Shown piece by piece: positions 27,501 to 33,868 of a stretch of DNA of 44,697 bases. The stretch lies in contig NC_068989.1 in assembly GCF_001194135.2 (NCBI RefSeq), positions 35,541,389 through 35,586,085 on the forward strand, given 5' to 3'. Below the pieces are notes generated by a model. It did not search any database, was not told the origin of the DNA, and saw nothing but the letters and a program-made list of their open reading frames with translations. The stretch is from Octopus bimaculoides (taxonomy: Eukaryota). The stretch's first letter is position 1, and each line of letters begins with the position of its first letter. The position numbers and the translations under genes were made by a program.

Positions 27501-30500
27501 CTCCTCATATCTATCCCTTCAATATTAATACAACAGATTTTCTTTACTACAACTATCTGTTAAAACAAATTAGACTGATACTTTAGTGTCAATTGAATTA
27601 AATTCAATATTGGGGCACTATCTTCATTGGATAGACTCAATAAAGTCATTGATGTTTCCTAATTAAGATACTGGATGAACAATGTAGGTCCCCAGTCAAA
27701 CAGGGATAACTACCAGAAGGTTTTTGCCTCATTGTTTATTTTTTATAAATTAAACTCATAATCTAAATATCAACATCTGGTTGAAATTTTTCACTTGCTT
27801 TTCTTATTTCCTTCAAGGCTCCTAATCTATTTTCACCTGAGAAAGCATGGTATGCACTAACAGTTGCAGAAAATATCTTACTGGGACCACTAGGCATGAA
27901 AACTCTGGATACCAAGTGAGTTATTTTCTTTGTCAAGTTTGGTGTTTCTTAGTTTAAACTGTATAATCTGTATAAACTTTTATTATAAAGACTTGACTCT
28001 ACACTTAGGATATTTGCTTTACAACCACATGGTTCTACATTCAATCCAGAACTCATTACAAGAGTCTTGGATTAACCCAATACTTTGTGAGTGAAATTAG
28101 GAAAATATAGGCTGCTGAGAAACCAATTGCATGTGTGTGTGTGTACATATCATCATCATTTTATATCTGCTTTCCCTGCTGACATGAGACAATTAGGTTT
28201 CCTAAATGGTTTTGGGGTTCAGATTTTGCTTGTAAATTTCATTTCTGGTTTGGTGTTTATGGCCAGATGCCCTTTCTGTCATCAACTACTTTACACAATG
28301 GGCTGAGTGTATTTTTCCATTGTGACTTCACTAGAGACATTGTCCTGTACTCAACAAGGCTAAAAATTTTTCTCAATGTTGTCTCTGCTCATTCACCAAC
28401 CACTCTACAATGTGTTCTGAGAGTGGTTTTTGTTAGTAGGATGTTCTCTCATATTTTAGTTGGAAATTGAGTTACACTAATTCTATTGCTTCCATGACTA
28501 ACCTTCTAGAGCAGGGGTTCTTGACCATCTTTGTCTATGGACCCCTTTGATTCTTATTTTACTTGGGTAGACCTCATAGCCATTCAATGTTTAAAAAATT
28601 CTGTTAAATTTTTAGAATTAAATATTATTAGAAATTGTAATAAAAAATTGTCAGAATATTTTGTGTATTGTAGAAGTATAACCAGTTTAGTGTGCTTAAA
28701 TTTTAGCAAAAAAACCCCTCTTATGTGGAACCCCCAGGACCATATGAATCTCTGTTGAGAACCAATAGAGTTGTGTTCTGAATATATGCTAGTGAGACAG
28801 TAAGGATGAATATTAAACTAAATGTATTCTATCAAAGGTGCCTCAGAAAGAACTGAGGGTTAGCTGGCAGGACTGTATCACAAATGAGGAGATTCTGAGA
28901 ACCACTGTTGAGCACCAATTCTGCCTGGCTGGTCACATTCTCTATCTAGCTGATCAAATGCACTTGAAAACAGGCATGACATAGGCACCACCTGGTGGCA
29001 GGCTTAAAAGGAGTAGAACAAAGATCACTTGAAGCAGACATTTCAACATGATCTACAGACAGTTATCACTGCATGGAATGAATAACAACTGACTGAGCCA
29101 AGTGAAAGAAGATTGTTGTTGAATGTGTTGAGTAACACGGAGAAGCTAAAGCTAAAAGTTGTCAACTAATGTTTTCCTATTTAGTTTCATTTGATGTTGT
29201 TATTTTTGTCATTTTTGTTGTGGTTGAGCGTGGAGGTGCAATGGCCCAGTGGTTAGGGCAGCGGATTCGCAGTCATAGGATCACAGTTTCGATTCCCAGA
29301 CCAGGCATTGTGAGTGTTTATTGAGCGAAAACACCTAAAGCTCCACGAGGCCTCCGGCAGAGGATGGTGGTGAAACCTGCTGTACTCTTTCACCACAACT
29401 CTCTCTCACTCTTACTTCCTGTTTCTGTTGTGCCTGTAATTCAAAGGGTCAGCCTTGTTACACTGTGTCACGCTGAATATCCCTGAGAACTACGTTAAGG
29501 GTACACGTGTCTGTGGAGTGCTCAGCCACTTGCACGTTAATTTCACAATCAGGCTGTTCCATTGATCGGATAAACTGGAACCCGCGACGGAGTGCCAACA
29601 ATTGTGGTTGAGCACTAGCTCAACCCTGATCACACAGATCTATTATTATAAGTATTCAAGTTTTATCTACTCCCATCTTTTTCTCCCATATGAAACTTAT
29701 GTAGGTTTTTAGTTATAAAATATGTCATTCCTTGTTTTCAGACAAGGGTGTGCTAGCAATGGGAATTTAGCTGCTATTTCTACACATTGAACTACCACAT
29801 AGTGACTCTCTCTTGTTGTCACATACTGTTATATATATAATACACCATGCTGTAAATGCATTGAACCAGCAAGAAAGTGTTGTATTTGTTTGGCCAATGT
29901 AATTTTTAGAATTATGAAGTTTACAAACTTTATGCTTATTTTTGCCAAGTTTTAAAATTTTGGTGAAGTTTTTTTGTTATAGATAATGATTGGTGTAATG
30001 TATGTGGTGCATTTACATGCATGCATACATATGCGCATATATACCACAAATTTGTATGTTTTTACCTTGGTTACTTGACCAAAAAATTGATAAAAACCTG
30101 GAAAAAGCAGAACAGATGCATTCTGCTCATGTCAGCATGGAAAAGCTAACATTAAACAATGCTGATGATATCTGTGTGTGTGTCTCTCCCCCCCCCACTA
30201 CATATTTACATGTTTCTAGTAATTTCCCAACTAATAAACCACTTATTTTTTCTTATTCATTAATCTAAAAAAAAATGCCATTATTTACTTTAAAGTGATT
30301 GGAATTATGCTGGAGTATATGACAACACTAATGATTCAAATGACACTAAAGTGGCCAAGGGCTTTAACTACCATAATGGACCTGTAAGTACCAACTATTC
30401 CTAATATTTACAACTTCTAAGGTGCTGAGCTGGCAGAGTTGTTAGCATGCAGGACGAAATGCTAGTGGCATTTTGTCCATCCTTATGTTCTGAGTTCATA

Positions 30501-32341
30501 TTCTGCCGAGGTCGACTTTGCCTTTCATCCCTTCAGGGTCAATAAAATAAATACCAGTTGAACACTGGAGTTGATCCAATAGACTTACCCCCCTACCCCC
30601 AAATTATTGGCCTTGTGCCAAAATTTGAAACCAATACTTACAACTTCTCAGCTGTCGTTATCATCATCATCATCATCATCATCAGCATCATCATTTAACA
30701 TCCATTGTCTATGTTGGCATGGGTTGGTCGGTTTGACCAAGGCTGGTAAGCTGAGGGCTGCACCAGACTCCAATCTGATTTGGAATGGTTTCTATGGCTG
30801 GATGCCCTTCCTAATGCTAACCACTCCAAGAGTGCGTAATTTTATTTTTGATAACATCAACAATAGAGGTTTTGTAAAAGAAAGATTTAAAGGTCACAAA
30901 AGCAAAGCTTACACAAAATAATGATATTTGATCTATGTAGACACAGCTGAGTGTTAAACCTCTTCTACCCCTGATATCTCCCTAACCTTTTGTTACTGTA
31001 TTTCTATTGTATATACTGCCTTTGTTTCAATTAATTTTGAAAATAATGAATTTAGTATTTTAGTAAAATAACTTTTTCTTTATTAAGTTGGTGCCGGAAC
31101 ATAAATCAACATGAAATTTTGATAAAAGGTTTTAATTGGGTAATAGAACCAGGAGTGGTCTGAGGCAGATTGGTTTCTAAAGGGTTAAAACGACCATTCC
31201 ATGGTGTAATTATAAACAAACAATAAATATATCAGTGACTGTGTATTGTTAAATAGTTGAAAATTAGTATTGCATGGTTTAACTCAATCAAAAGAGATCA
31301 AGTCATTTGTTGAATATGTACAAATCCAAAATATGTAAATTCATATTTATTCCTTATGTCTCTTCAAAGGAATGGGTTTGGCCTGTTGGATTCTTCTTCC
31401 GTGCTAAACTGTATTTCGCCAATATCCTTGATAAGACAGAGCCTGGTACATTGAAGAAAGCAATGAACGAAGTGAAAATCTGTCTTACCAAGCACTACCA
31501 ACATTTGCTCAACTCTCCATGGAAATCTTTGCCAGAATTGACAAATGAAAACGGTGCAGTAAGTATTTTTTTAAGCATATACCTTTCTTCTTTTTTTACC
31601 ATTTATTTTTTTCACTGTGTGTTTGTATTATTTGCTTTGAATAATTGGCATGACATCATTCACCAACACCTTCCAACCTCTACAAATGTGCTGTGTCCCC
31701 TGTAGCCTTTTCCAATGTAACTACAATGGCTTCTGCTCCTTAGCTGGTTTCATGCCACCTCCACTGACCTAACTCTCTCATCAACTCAGCCCCACCCCTT
31801 TCATACCAACCCCTATACTTAATACCTCTTGCCAGTGATGTCATTGCTCTGGGATTCTGTCCTTACCCATGTTGCTCCTGCAGACAGCTCAATAAGAACC
31901 AACCATATCTACCACACTTGTCTGAAAGGAGCTGTAAAGGTCACAATCTTTTCCTCTTGACCTAACTAGAATCCAAAATTAATGATTTAAGATTAAAAAT
32001 TGTTGCTTATTTAATGATATTTCCTGCTAGTTAAAAACGTCATCTTTTTAAAGGTCTTCCTCAGATTCAATTATCGATGCTTCTCCTACACACAGACACA
32101 CACAAACTAATGTGTTCATTCATTCATTTACTATTGTCTAGTTTACCATGTGTATAAATATAAGGTTGATTCTACACACATGTGGTGTGTATATTATACA
32201 TCACACACACATTTGAAATATTTCAGTTAACCATTGACTTTCTTTTCTTTTTTGTAGCACTGCCCTCCCAGTTGTCAGGCACAAGCATGGAGTGTAAGCA
32301 CAATTCTGGAAACTCTGTATGACATGGAATATATGGTTTGA
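207..32341 (+). CDS. AGL: Glycogen debranching enzyme, 3' part of gene (16 exons, 813 aa + stop, 5'-incomplete)
   Basis: The spliced translation follows vertebrate AGL motifs in order: [118 protein letters not shown]. All 15 introns are GT-AG and all phases match. Confidence 0.98.
455..722 (-). mobile_element. Family C retroposon 3' end with (GAT)n tail
   Basis: GGATGCCCTTCCTAATGCCAACCAC core next to (CAT)n. Confidence 0.75.
725..1270 (+). mobile_element. Decayed CRE-like (restriction-like endonuclease) LINE 3' fragment
   Basis: The frame from 841 reads [13 protein letters not shown]...FI*DATC...[13 protein letters not shown]...PVAVET...[20 protein letters not shown]. This matches the EP.GL..DGKRPDG..WD.T / KY / P.A.ET / QR.S.AI.RGNA layout of RLE C-termini. 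A second copy reading [16 protein letters not shown] lies 156 nt upstream. Confidence 0.7.
1650..1980 (-). mobile_element. tRNA-derived SINE, family E
   Basis: About 330 bp homologous to 5175-5514; tRNA-like head at the right end. Confidence 0.8.
2001..2228 (+). mobile_element. piggyBac-type MITE, family D
   Basis: TTAA on both sides, ends AAAGGG; homologous to 7564-7783 and 19284-19505. Confidence 0.75.
2455..2690 (-). mobile_element. Family C variant
   Basis: GGATGCCTTTCCTGTTGCCAACC...CCTGTTTCCAAG...ATATTTCCCC. Confidence 0.7.
2714..2850 (-). mobile_element. SINE, family B
   Basis: GCTTCTTTCAGTTTCCATCTACCAAA...ACTGAACCC...CATGTGGTTGGGAAGC. Confidence 0.75.
3160..3468 (+). mobile_element. 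Family C retroposon
   Basis: TTGGCATTAGGAAGAGCATCC...GAAACCATGCCAAA...GATGAT. Confidence 0.75.
3669..3891 (+). CDS. AGL: AGL exon 2 of window
   Basis: acag|GT...AA|gtaagt; [10 protein letters not shown]...[12 protein letters not shown]; phase 1 to 2. Confidence 0.93.
4113..4316 (+). mobile_element. SINE, family A
   Basis: GGCAGAAT...GAGTTCAAATT...TTTCAT.CTTT...GGCCTTGTGCCAAAATTTGAAA; flanking AATATTAGAT(A/G)TACAG repeats. Confidence 0.8.
4770..5035 (+). CDS. AGL: AGL exon 3 of window
   Basis: atag|A...CAAG|gtaat; MSLPPQA...[12 protein letters not shown]...YCGLQ; phase 2 to 1. Confidence 0.95.
5175..5514 (-). mobile_element. tRNA-derived SINE, family E
   Basis: Homologous to 1650-1980; minus-strand A-box-like TGGCTCAGTGG. 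Confidence 0.8.
6505..6670 (+). mobile_element. SINE, family B
   Basis: TGTGGCTATGTGATTAAGAAGCTTGC...GTTCAGCCCC head. Confidence 0.75.
7080..7320 (+). mobile_element. Possible RTE-related fragment
   Basis: GGAAAGCAATGGCAAACCACCACAATATCTTTACCAAGAAG resembles the ATGGCAAACCAC..AGTAT block of BovB/RTE-related repeats. Confidence 0.35.
7564..7783 (-). mobile_element. piggyBac-type MITE, family D
   Basis: TTAA|CCCTTT...GGA|TTAA; reverse complement of 2001-2228. Confidence 0.75.
7830..7980 (+). mobile_element. Family C retroposon 3' end
   Basis: TGGTTGGCATTAGGAAGGGTATCCAG...GCATGGAAAAC. Confidence 0.75.
8110..8832 (+). mobile_element. Family C retroposon with pyrimidine-rich 5' body
   Basis: C/T-rich tract running into GTGACCTCACTAG...TAGGAAGAGCATC...(GAT)n. 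Confidence 0.65.
8935..9068 (+). CDS. AGL: AGL exon 4 of window
   Basis: atag|GT...TTG|gtatgt; [16 protein letters not shown]; phase 1 to 0. Confidence 0.96.
9210..9343 (+). CDS. AGL: AGL exon 5 of window
   Basis: tcag|CTT...CC|gtgagt; LGEWF...[13 protein letters not shown]; phase 0 to 2. Confidence 0.96.
9552..9812 (-). mobile_element. Family C retroposon 3' end
   Basis: (CAT)n CGTTGTTTAAC...GGCTGGATGCCCTTC. Confidence 0.75.
10105..10330 (-). mobile_element. Family B SINE 3' segment
   Basis: Shares CAACCCC.GTACTTA and GGACATAAACA...GCTGTCA with 42040-42190. Confidence 0.6.
10858..10902. repeat. (CA)n microsatellite
   Basis: Direct inspection. Confidence 0.95.
11030..13369 (+). mobile_element. 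Decayed hAT transposase (ZMYM1-like/DUF4371 type)
   Basis: Broken frames in the expected order: [22 protein letters not shown]...[70 protein letters not shown]. Many stops and frameshifts; TIRs not identified. Confidence 0.9.
11400..11897 (+). mobile_element. Putative non-autonomous Helitron inserted in the hAT remnant
   Basis: Non-coding 0.5 kb between hAT motifs. It starts A|TCTATATTAATAAATGTGAAATTCTGTCTGTC and ends ACTGGCTTAAAAGTTAG, resembling Helitron TC...CTAG ends; the 3' end is degenerate. Confidence 0.5.
13508..14692 (+). mobile_element. Decayed mariner element (irritans-like), 1185 bp
   Basis: 26-bp TIRs matching at 23/26 (13508-13533, 14667-14692), TA on the left. Remnants [50 protein letters not shown]. 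Internal deletions and frameshifts. Confidence 0.93.
14724..15000. repeat. (TG)n/(TA)n microsatellite spanning assembly gap 14799-14899
   Basis: Direct inspection. Confidence 0.95.
15003..15150 (-). mobile_element. SINE, family B
   Basis: CAGTTTCCATCTACCAAAT...GGGCTATAGTAG. Confidence 0.7.
15267..15958 (+). mobile_element. Three head-to-tail family A SINEs (about 15267-15445, 15525-15736, 15739-15958)
   Basis: Each starts AAGG(T/C)(G/A)G..AGCTGGCAG; the first has an internal deletion and a different (ATT)n tail. Confidence 0.85.
16399..16580 (+). CDS. AGL: AGL exon 6 of window
   Basis: ttag|C...GCAG|gttag; [21 protein letters not shown]...CLSLCA; phase 2 to 1. Confidence 0.95.
16690..16792 (+). 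CDS. AGL: AGL exon 7 of window (not in ORF track)
   Basis: gtag|GG...CG|gtaaat; [23 protein letters not shown]; phase 1 to 2. Confidence 0.97.
16884..17109 (+). CDS. AGL: AGL exon 8 of window
   Basis: gtag|A...GAG|gtattt; [10 protein letters not shown]...[18 protein letters not shown]; phase 2 to 0. Confidence 0.97.
17197..17380. repeat. Degenerate minisatellite, about 43-bp unit, 4+ copies
   Basis: AGTT(G/A)A(C/T)TT(G/A)AT starts at 17197, 17241, 17283 and 17329; partial copy at 17370. Confidence 0.75.
17734..17808. repeat. (CT)n/(CA)n microsatellite
   Basis: Direct inspection. Confidence 0.95.
17800..18010 (-). mobile_element. Family C variant
   Basis: CCAAGTAAGGTAATGTTTCC...TTTACGACCATTATATGATGTCAAGAC. 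Confidence 0.6.
18540..18965 (+). mobile_element. Family C variant, interrupted by a family A SINE
   Basis: GGAAATATTACTTTGCTTGGAAACAGGTGAGGG...AAGGCATC...GATGAT. Confidence 0.65.
18597..18806 (+). mobile_element. SINE, family A, with 17-bp TSD, nested in a family C repeat
   Basis: CCAATATTCTGTGAAAA at 18580-18596 and 18807-18823. Confidence 0.88.
19121..19232 (+). CDS. AGL: AGL exon 9 of window (not in ORF track)
   Basis: ttag|ATT...GAAG|gtaagg; [18 protein letters not shown]; phase 0 to 1. Confidence 0.96.
19284..19505 (-). mobile_element. piggyBac-type MITE, family D
   Basis: TTAA|TCCTTT...AAGGG|TTAA. Confidence 0.75.
19921..20390. repeat. Degenerate tandem repeat, about 195-bp period
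   Basis: CTGAT(T/C)GAG at 19931, 20130 and 20324; CTATTTCTAGC and CCCTAG recur. Confidence 0.6.
20745..21190 (+). mobile_element. RTE-clade LINE 3' fragment
   Basis: [16 protein letters not shown]...[13 protein letters not shown]...RL.WFGHV...GRERPKKTW; same family as 39350-39770. Confidence 0.85.
21380..23989 (+). mobile_element. Full-length decayed pogo/Passer-type DNA transposon, 2610 bp
   Basis: 27-bp TIRs matching at 21/27, TA on both sides. Broken transposase about 22350-23636: AFTAAFKL (Brinker-like HTH), [11 protein letters not shown] (CENP-B HTH), [21 protein letters not shown], acidic tail SDDEEF. Confidence 0.93.
24213..24555 (-). mobile_element. Two tandem family A SINEs (second truncated)
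   Basis: Two copies of GGATGAAAGGCAAA.TCAACC. Confidence 0.75.
24558..24695. repeat. (GTG)n/(GTA)n compound trinucleotide tract
   Basis: Direct inspection. Confidence 0.9.
24778..24913 (+). CDS. AGL: AGL exon 10 of window (glucosidase catalytic Asp motif)
   Basis: aaag|GT...AG|gtgcat; [20 protein letters not shown]...PATP; phase 1 to 2. Confidence 0.96.
24975..25569 (-). mobile_element. RTE-clade LINE insertion with inverted 5' segment
   Basis: Minus strand 24975-25365 encodes PRLRFKD...[19 protein letters not shown] (C2H2-like end). Plus strand 25366-25569 encodes the upstream part LRHILN...[21 protein letters not shown]. Flanked by ATGTACATACAT direct repeats. Confidence 0.88.
25724..25833 (+). 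CDS. AGL: AGL exon 11 of window (not in ORF track)
   Basis: ttag|G...GATG|gtaagt; [10 protein letters not shown]; phase 2 to 1. Confidence 0.96.
26020..26305 (+). mobile_element. Family C retroposon
   Basis: TTGGCATTAGGAAGGGTATCC...AGCATGGAATACGGAC...GATGAT. Confidence 0.75.
26868..27070 (+). CDS. AGL: AGL exon 12 of window (not in ORF track)
   Basis: tcag|GC...GTG|gtaagc; [28 protein letters not shown]; phase 1 to 0. Confidence 0.97.
27818..27915 (+). CDS. AGL: AGL exon 13 of window (not in ORF track)
   Basis: caag|GCT...AA|gtgagt; [11 protein letters not shown]...[12 protein letters not shown]; phase 0 to 2. Confidence 0.96.
28008..28140 (+). mobile_element. SINE, family B (degenerate)
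   Basis: CAACCACATGGTTC...TTTGTGAGTGAAATT. Confidence 0.55.
28150..28335 (-). mobile_element. Family C retroposon 3' end
   Basis: CATCATCAT...GGCCAGATGCCCTT. Confidence 0.6.
28512..28765. mobile_element. hAT/Charlie-type MITE
   Basis: TTCTAGAG target then CAGGGGTTCTTGAC; right end GTTGAGAACC followed by residual TAGAG. Confidence 0.65.
28835..29150 (+). mobile_element. RTE-clade LINE 3' fragment
   Basis: [16 protein letters not shown]...LAGHIL...[17 protein letters not shown] resembles a post-RT RTE C-terminus. Confidence 0.6.
29230..29601 (+). mobile_element. tRNA-derived SINE, family F, with TSD
   Basis: A box TGGCCCAGTGG, B box GTTTCGATTCC; perfect TTGTGGTTGAGC at 29218-29229 and 29602-29613. 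Confidence 0.88.
30296..30383 (+). CDS. AGL: AGL exon 14 of window (not in ORF track)
   Basis: aaag|T...CCT|gtaagt; [10 protein letters not shown]...[10 protein letters not shown]; phase 2 to 0. Confidence 0.96.
30419..30632 (+). mobile_element. SINE, family A, with 16-bp TSD
   Basis: AATA(T/C)TTACAACTTCT at 30403-30418 and 30633-30648. Confidence 0.88.
30655..30832 (-). mobile_element. Family C retroposon 3' end
   Basis: (CAT)n TTTAACATCC...GGCTGGATGCCCTTCCTAATGCTAACCAC. Confidence 0.78.
30958..31184. mobile_element. piggyBac-type MITE, different interior
   Basis: TTAA|ACCTCT...AAAGGG|TTAA; similar length, unrelated interior. Confidence 0.55.
31370..31558 (+). CDS. AGL: AGL exon 15 of window
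   Basis: aaag|GAA...GCA|gtaagt; [16 protein letters not shown]...[15 protein letters not shown]; phase 0 to 0. Confidence 0.97.
32258..32341 (+). CDS. AGL: AGL terminal coding exon (not in ORF track)
   Basis: gtag|CAC...; [27 protein letters not shown] then TGA at 32339-32341. Confidence 0.97.
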   Translation, partial: HCPPSCQAQAWSVSTILETLYDMEYMV

Positions 32342-32660
32342 ATTTGCCCACATTTCTCGTCAGCACCCATTCCATAACCCGTTTTCACTTGGTATTTTAC
32401 CAAATCCTTTCCTCCCTTTCTTGCAATAATGTGTGAAAGAAAACAGAGTTTATGCCATGCTTCACCATCTTGTATAAGATACAGCCACTTAAAGTCGTCT
32501 TTCTTCTTGGTTGCTGTCAGAATAGATAAACTGTATCCTTAAATTTATGTAGTAACCAGTTTAATGTTATGTTTTCTTTATTTAATTACATTACTAATTG
32601 CAAAGTATTTTGTTAATATTCTTCTGCTTCAAAACTCATATTTTATATTAAATTATTTTT

Positions 32661-32692
32661 TAAATAAATAAATAAATAAATTTGGGTGCTTT
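32661..32692 (+). terminator. Candidate proximal polyadenylation signal of AGL
   Basis: Overlapping AATAAA hexamers in an (AAAT)n run about 320 nt after the stop, followed by TTTGGGTGCTTT. It could be only a microsatellite. Confidence 0.4.
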
Positions 32693-33272
32693 ATAAGTTA
32701 ACAATGTAGCTAAAAATTAAGTTTGCAGCAGTAGATTGGTTACTGCATAAATTTAGGGTTGTTGCTTAACCTCTCCCAATGCAAAACACACACATACAGA
32801 GATATAGGACTTGTTCTTCTGTGTGATGTGAAGAAGTTTCTTATTTGCAGTTATCTAAAGGCAAATTTGAACTCTAACCCGGTTTGATTATATATATGTG
32901 TGTGTGTTTGTGTAAATGTATATGTATATATTATGTGTGTATATGTATGCACACTTACCTGTTTTATCTGCCAAGGCATACCTAGATATAGTTGTTAATT
33001 TTACTTCTATAACAAATCACTAATTGTATTCTAAGCTGCTTAGTGCTTTAGCACTCCCTCCCTCCTTCTATCTCTCTCAAGGTTACGTAAACTTCTGTCT
33101 CGATTGTTAAGACATTGTTGATATTTCTCTCAGTTTACATTGCTAGTTTAGATATATTATATTTAGCATATTATATACAGTGCTCAGGTGCACTACAGTA
33201 TAGTTGTACAATAGAATACAAATATCACACCAATGATAGAAATAGTACAAGTATGATATTAACAGTACAGTT

Positions 33273-33321
<49 letters not shown>

Positions 33322-33660
33322 CATAATTCTAGAAGACATAGAAATGAACCTCGGTAATTGATCCATTTTTATTGTTATCTGTTAACACCTACTCATGTAC
33401 AATCTCCTTAGTGGTTCTTCCATCATTACTTCAGCAACAATAGTGAATCTGTGTTTCATTAAGGAAGTCTAATTAGACTGGAACATGCCTGGAGTTGTTT
33501 CCCTAGCTGAAATTGTAAAAGTAATTTTACTCATTGAGTCAATGTTATCTTTACAGCATAAGTAATTTTATAATAAAGTTTTTTTTTACGTTCCCTGCAT
33601 TAAATACACTATCTTAACAATAATTCTACGGATTAGTGCATTGGTTCTATGATATATATG

Positions 33661-33809
33661 TATTTGTTTGTAAAATGAATAAGAATGATTTTTCTGATAA
33701 CTTTTTCTACTTTAATGATTAGATGTTTACTACACTTTGTAAACATCTGATCATTAAAGTAGAAAAATAATCAGAAAAGTCATTCTTGTTTATTTTTTGA
33801 AAATAAATA
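33661..33809 (+). repeat. Long imperfect inverted repeat (65 bp paired, 8-nt loop)
   Basis: Stems 33702-33730/33739-33767, 33672-33698/33770-33796 and 33661-33669/33801-33809. Confidence 0.92.
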
Positions 33810-33826
33810 ATGTACCAAGGAATTTC

Positions 33827-33868
<42 letters not shown>

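Noticed and set aside
29230-29310. tRNA gene
   Set aside because: It has A/B boxes but no complete cloverleaf, and it continues into a SINE body bounded by a TSD. Other SINE heads were rejected likewise.
33661-33809. SECIS element allowing read-through of the AGL TGA
   Set aside because: The ATGA positions are Watson-Crick paired, there is no G.A quartet or apical AA, and read-through would add only 11 codons before TAA.
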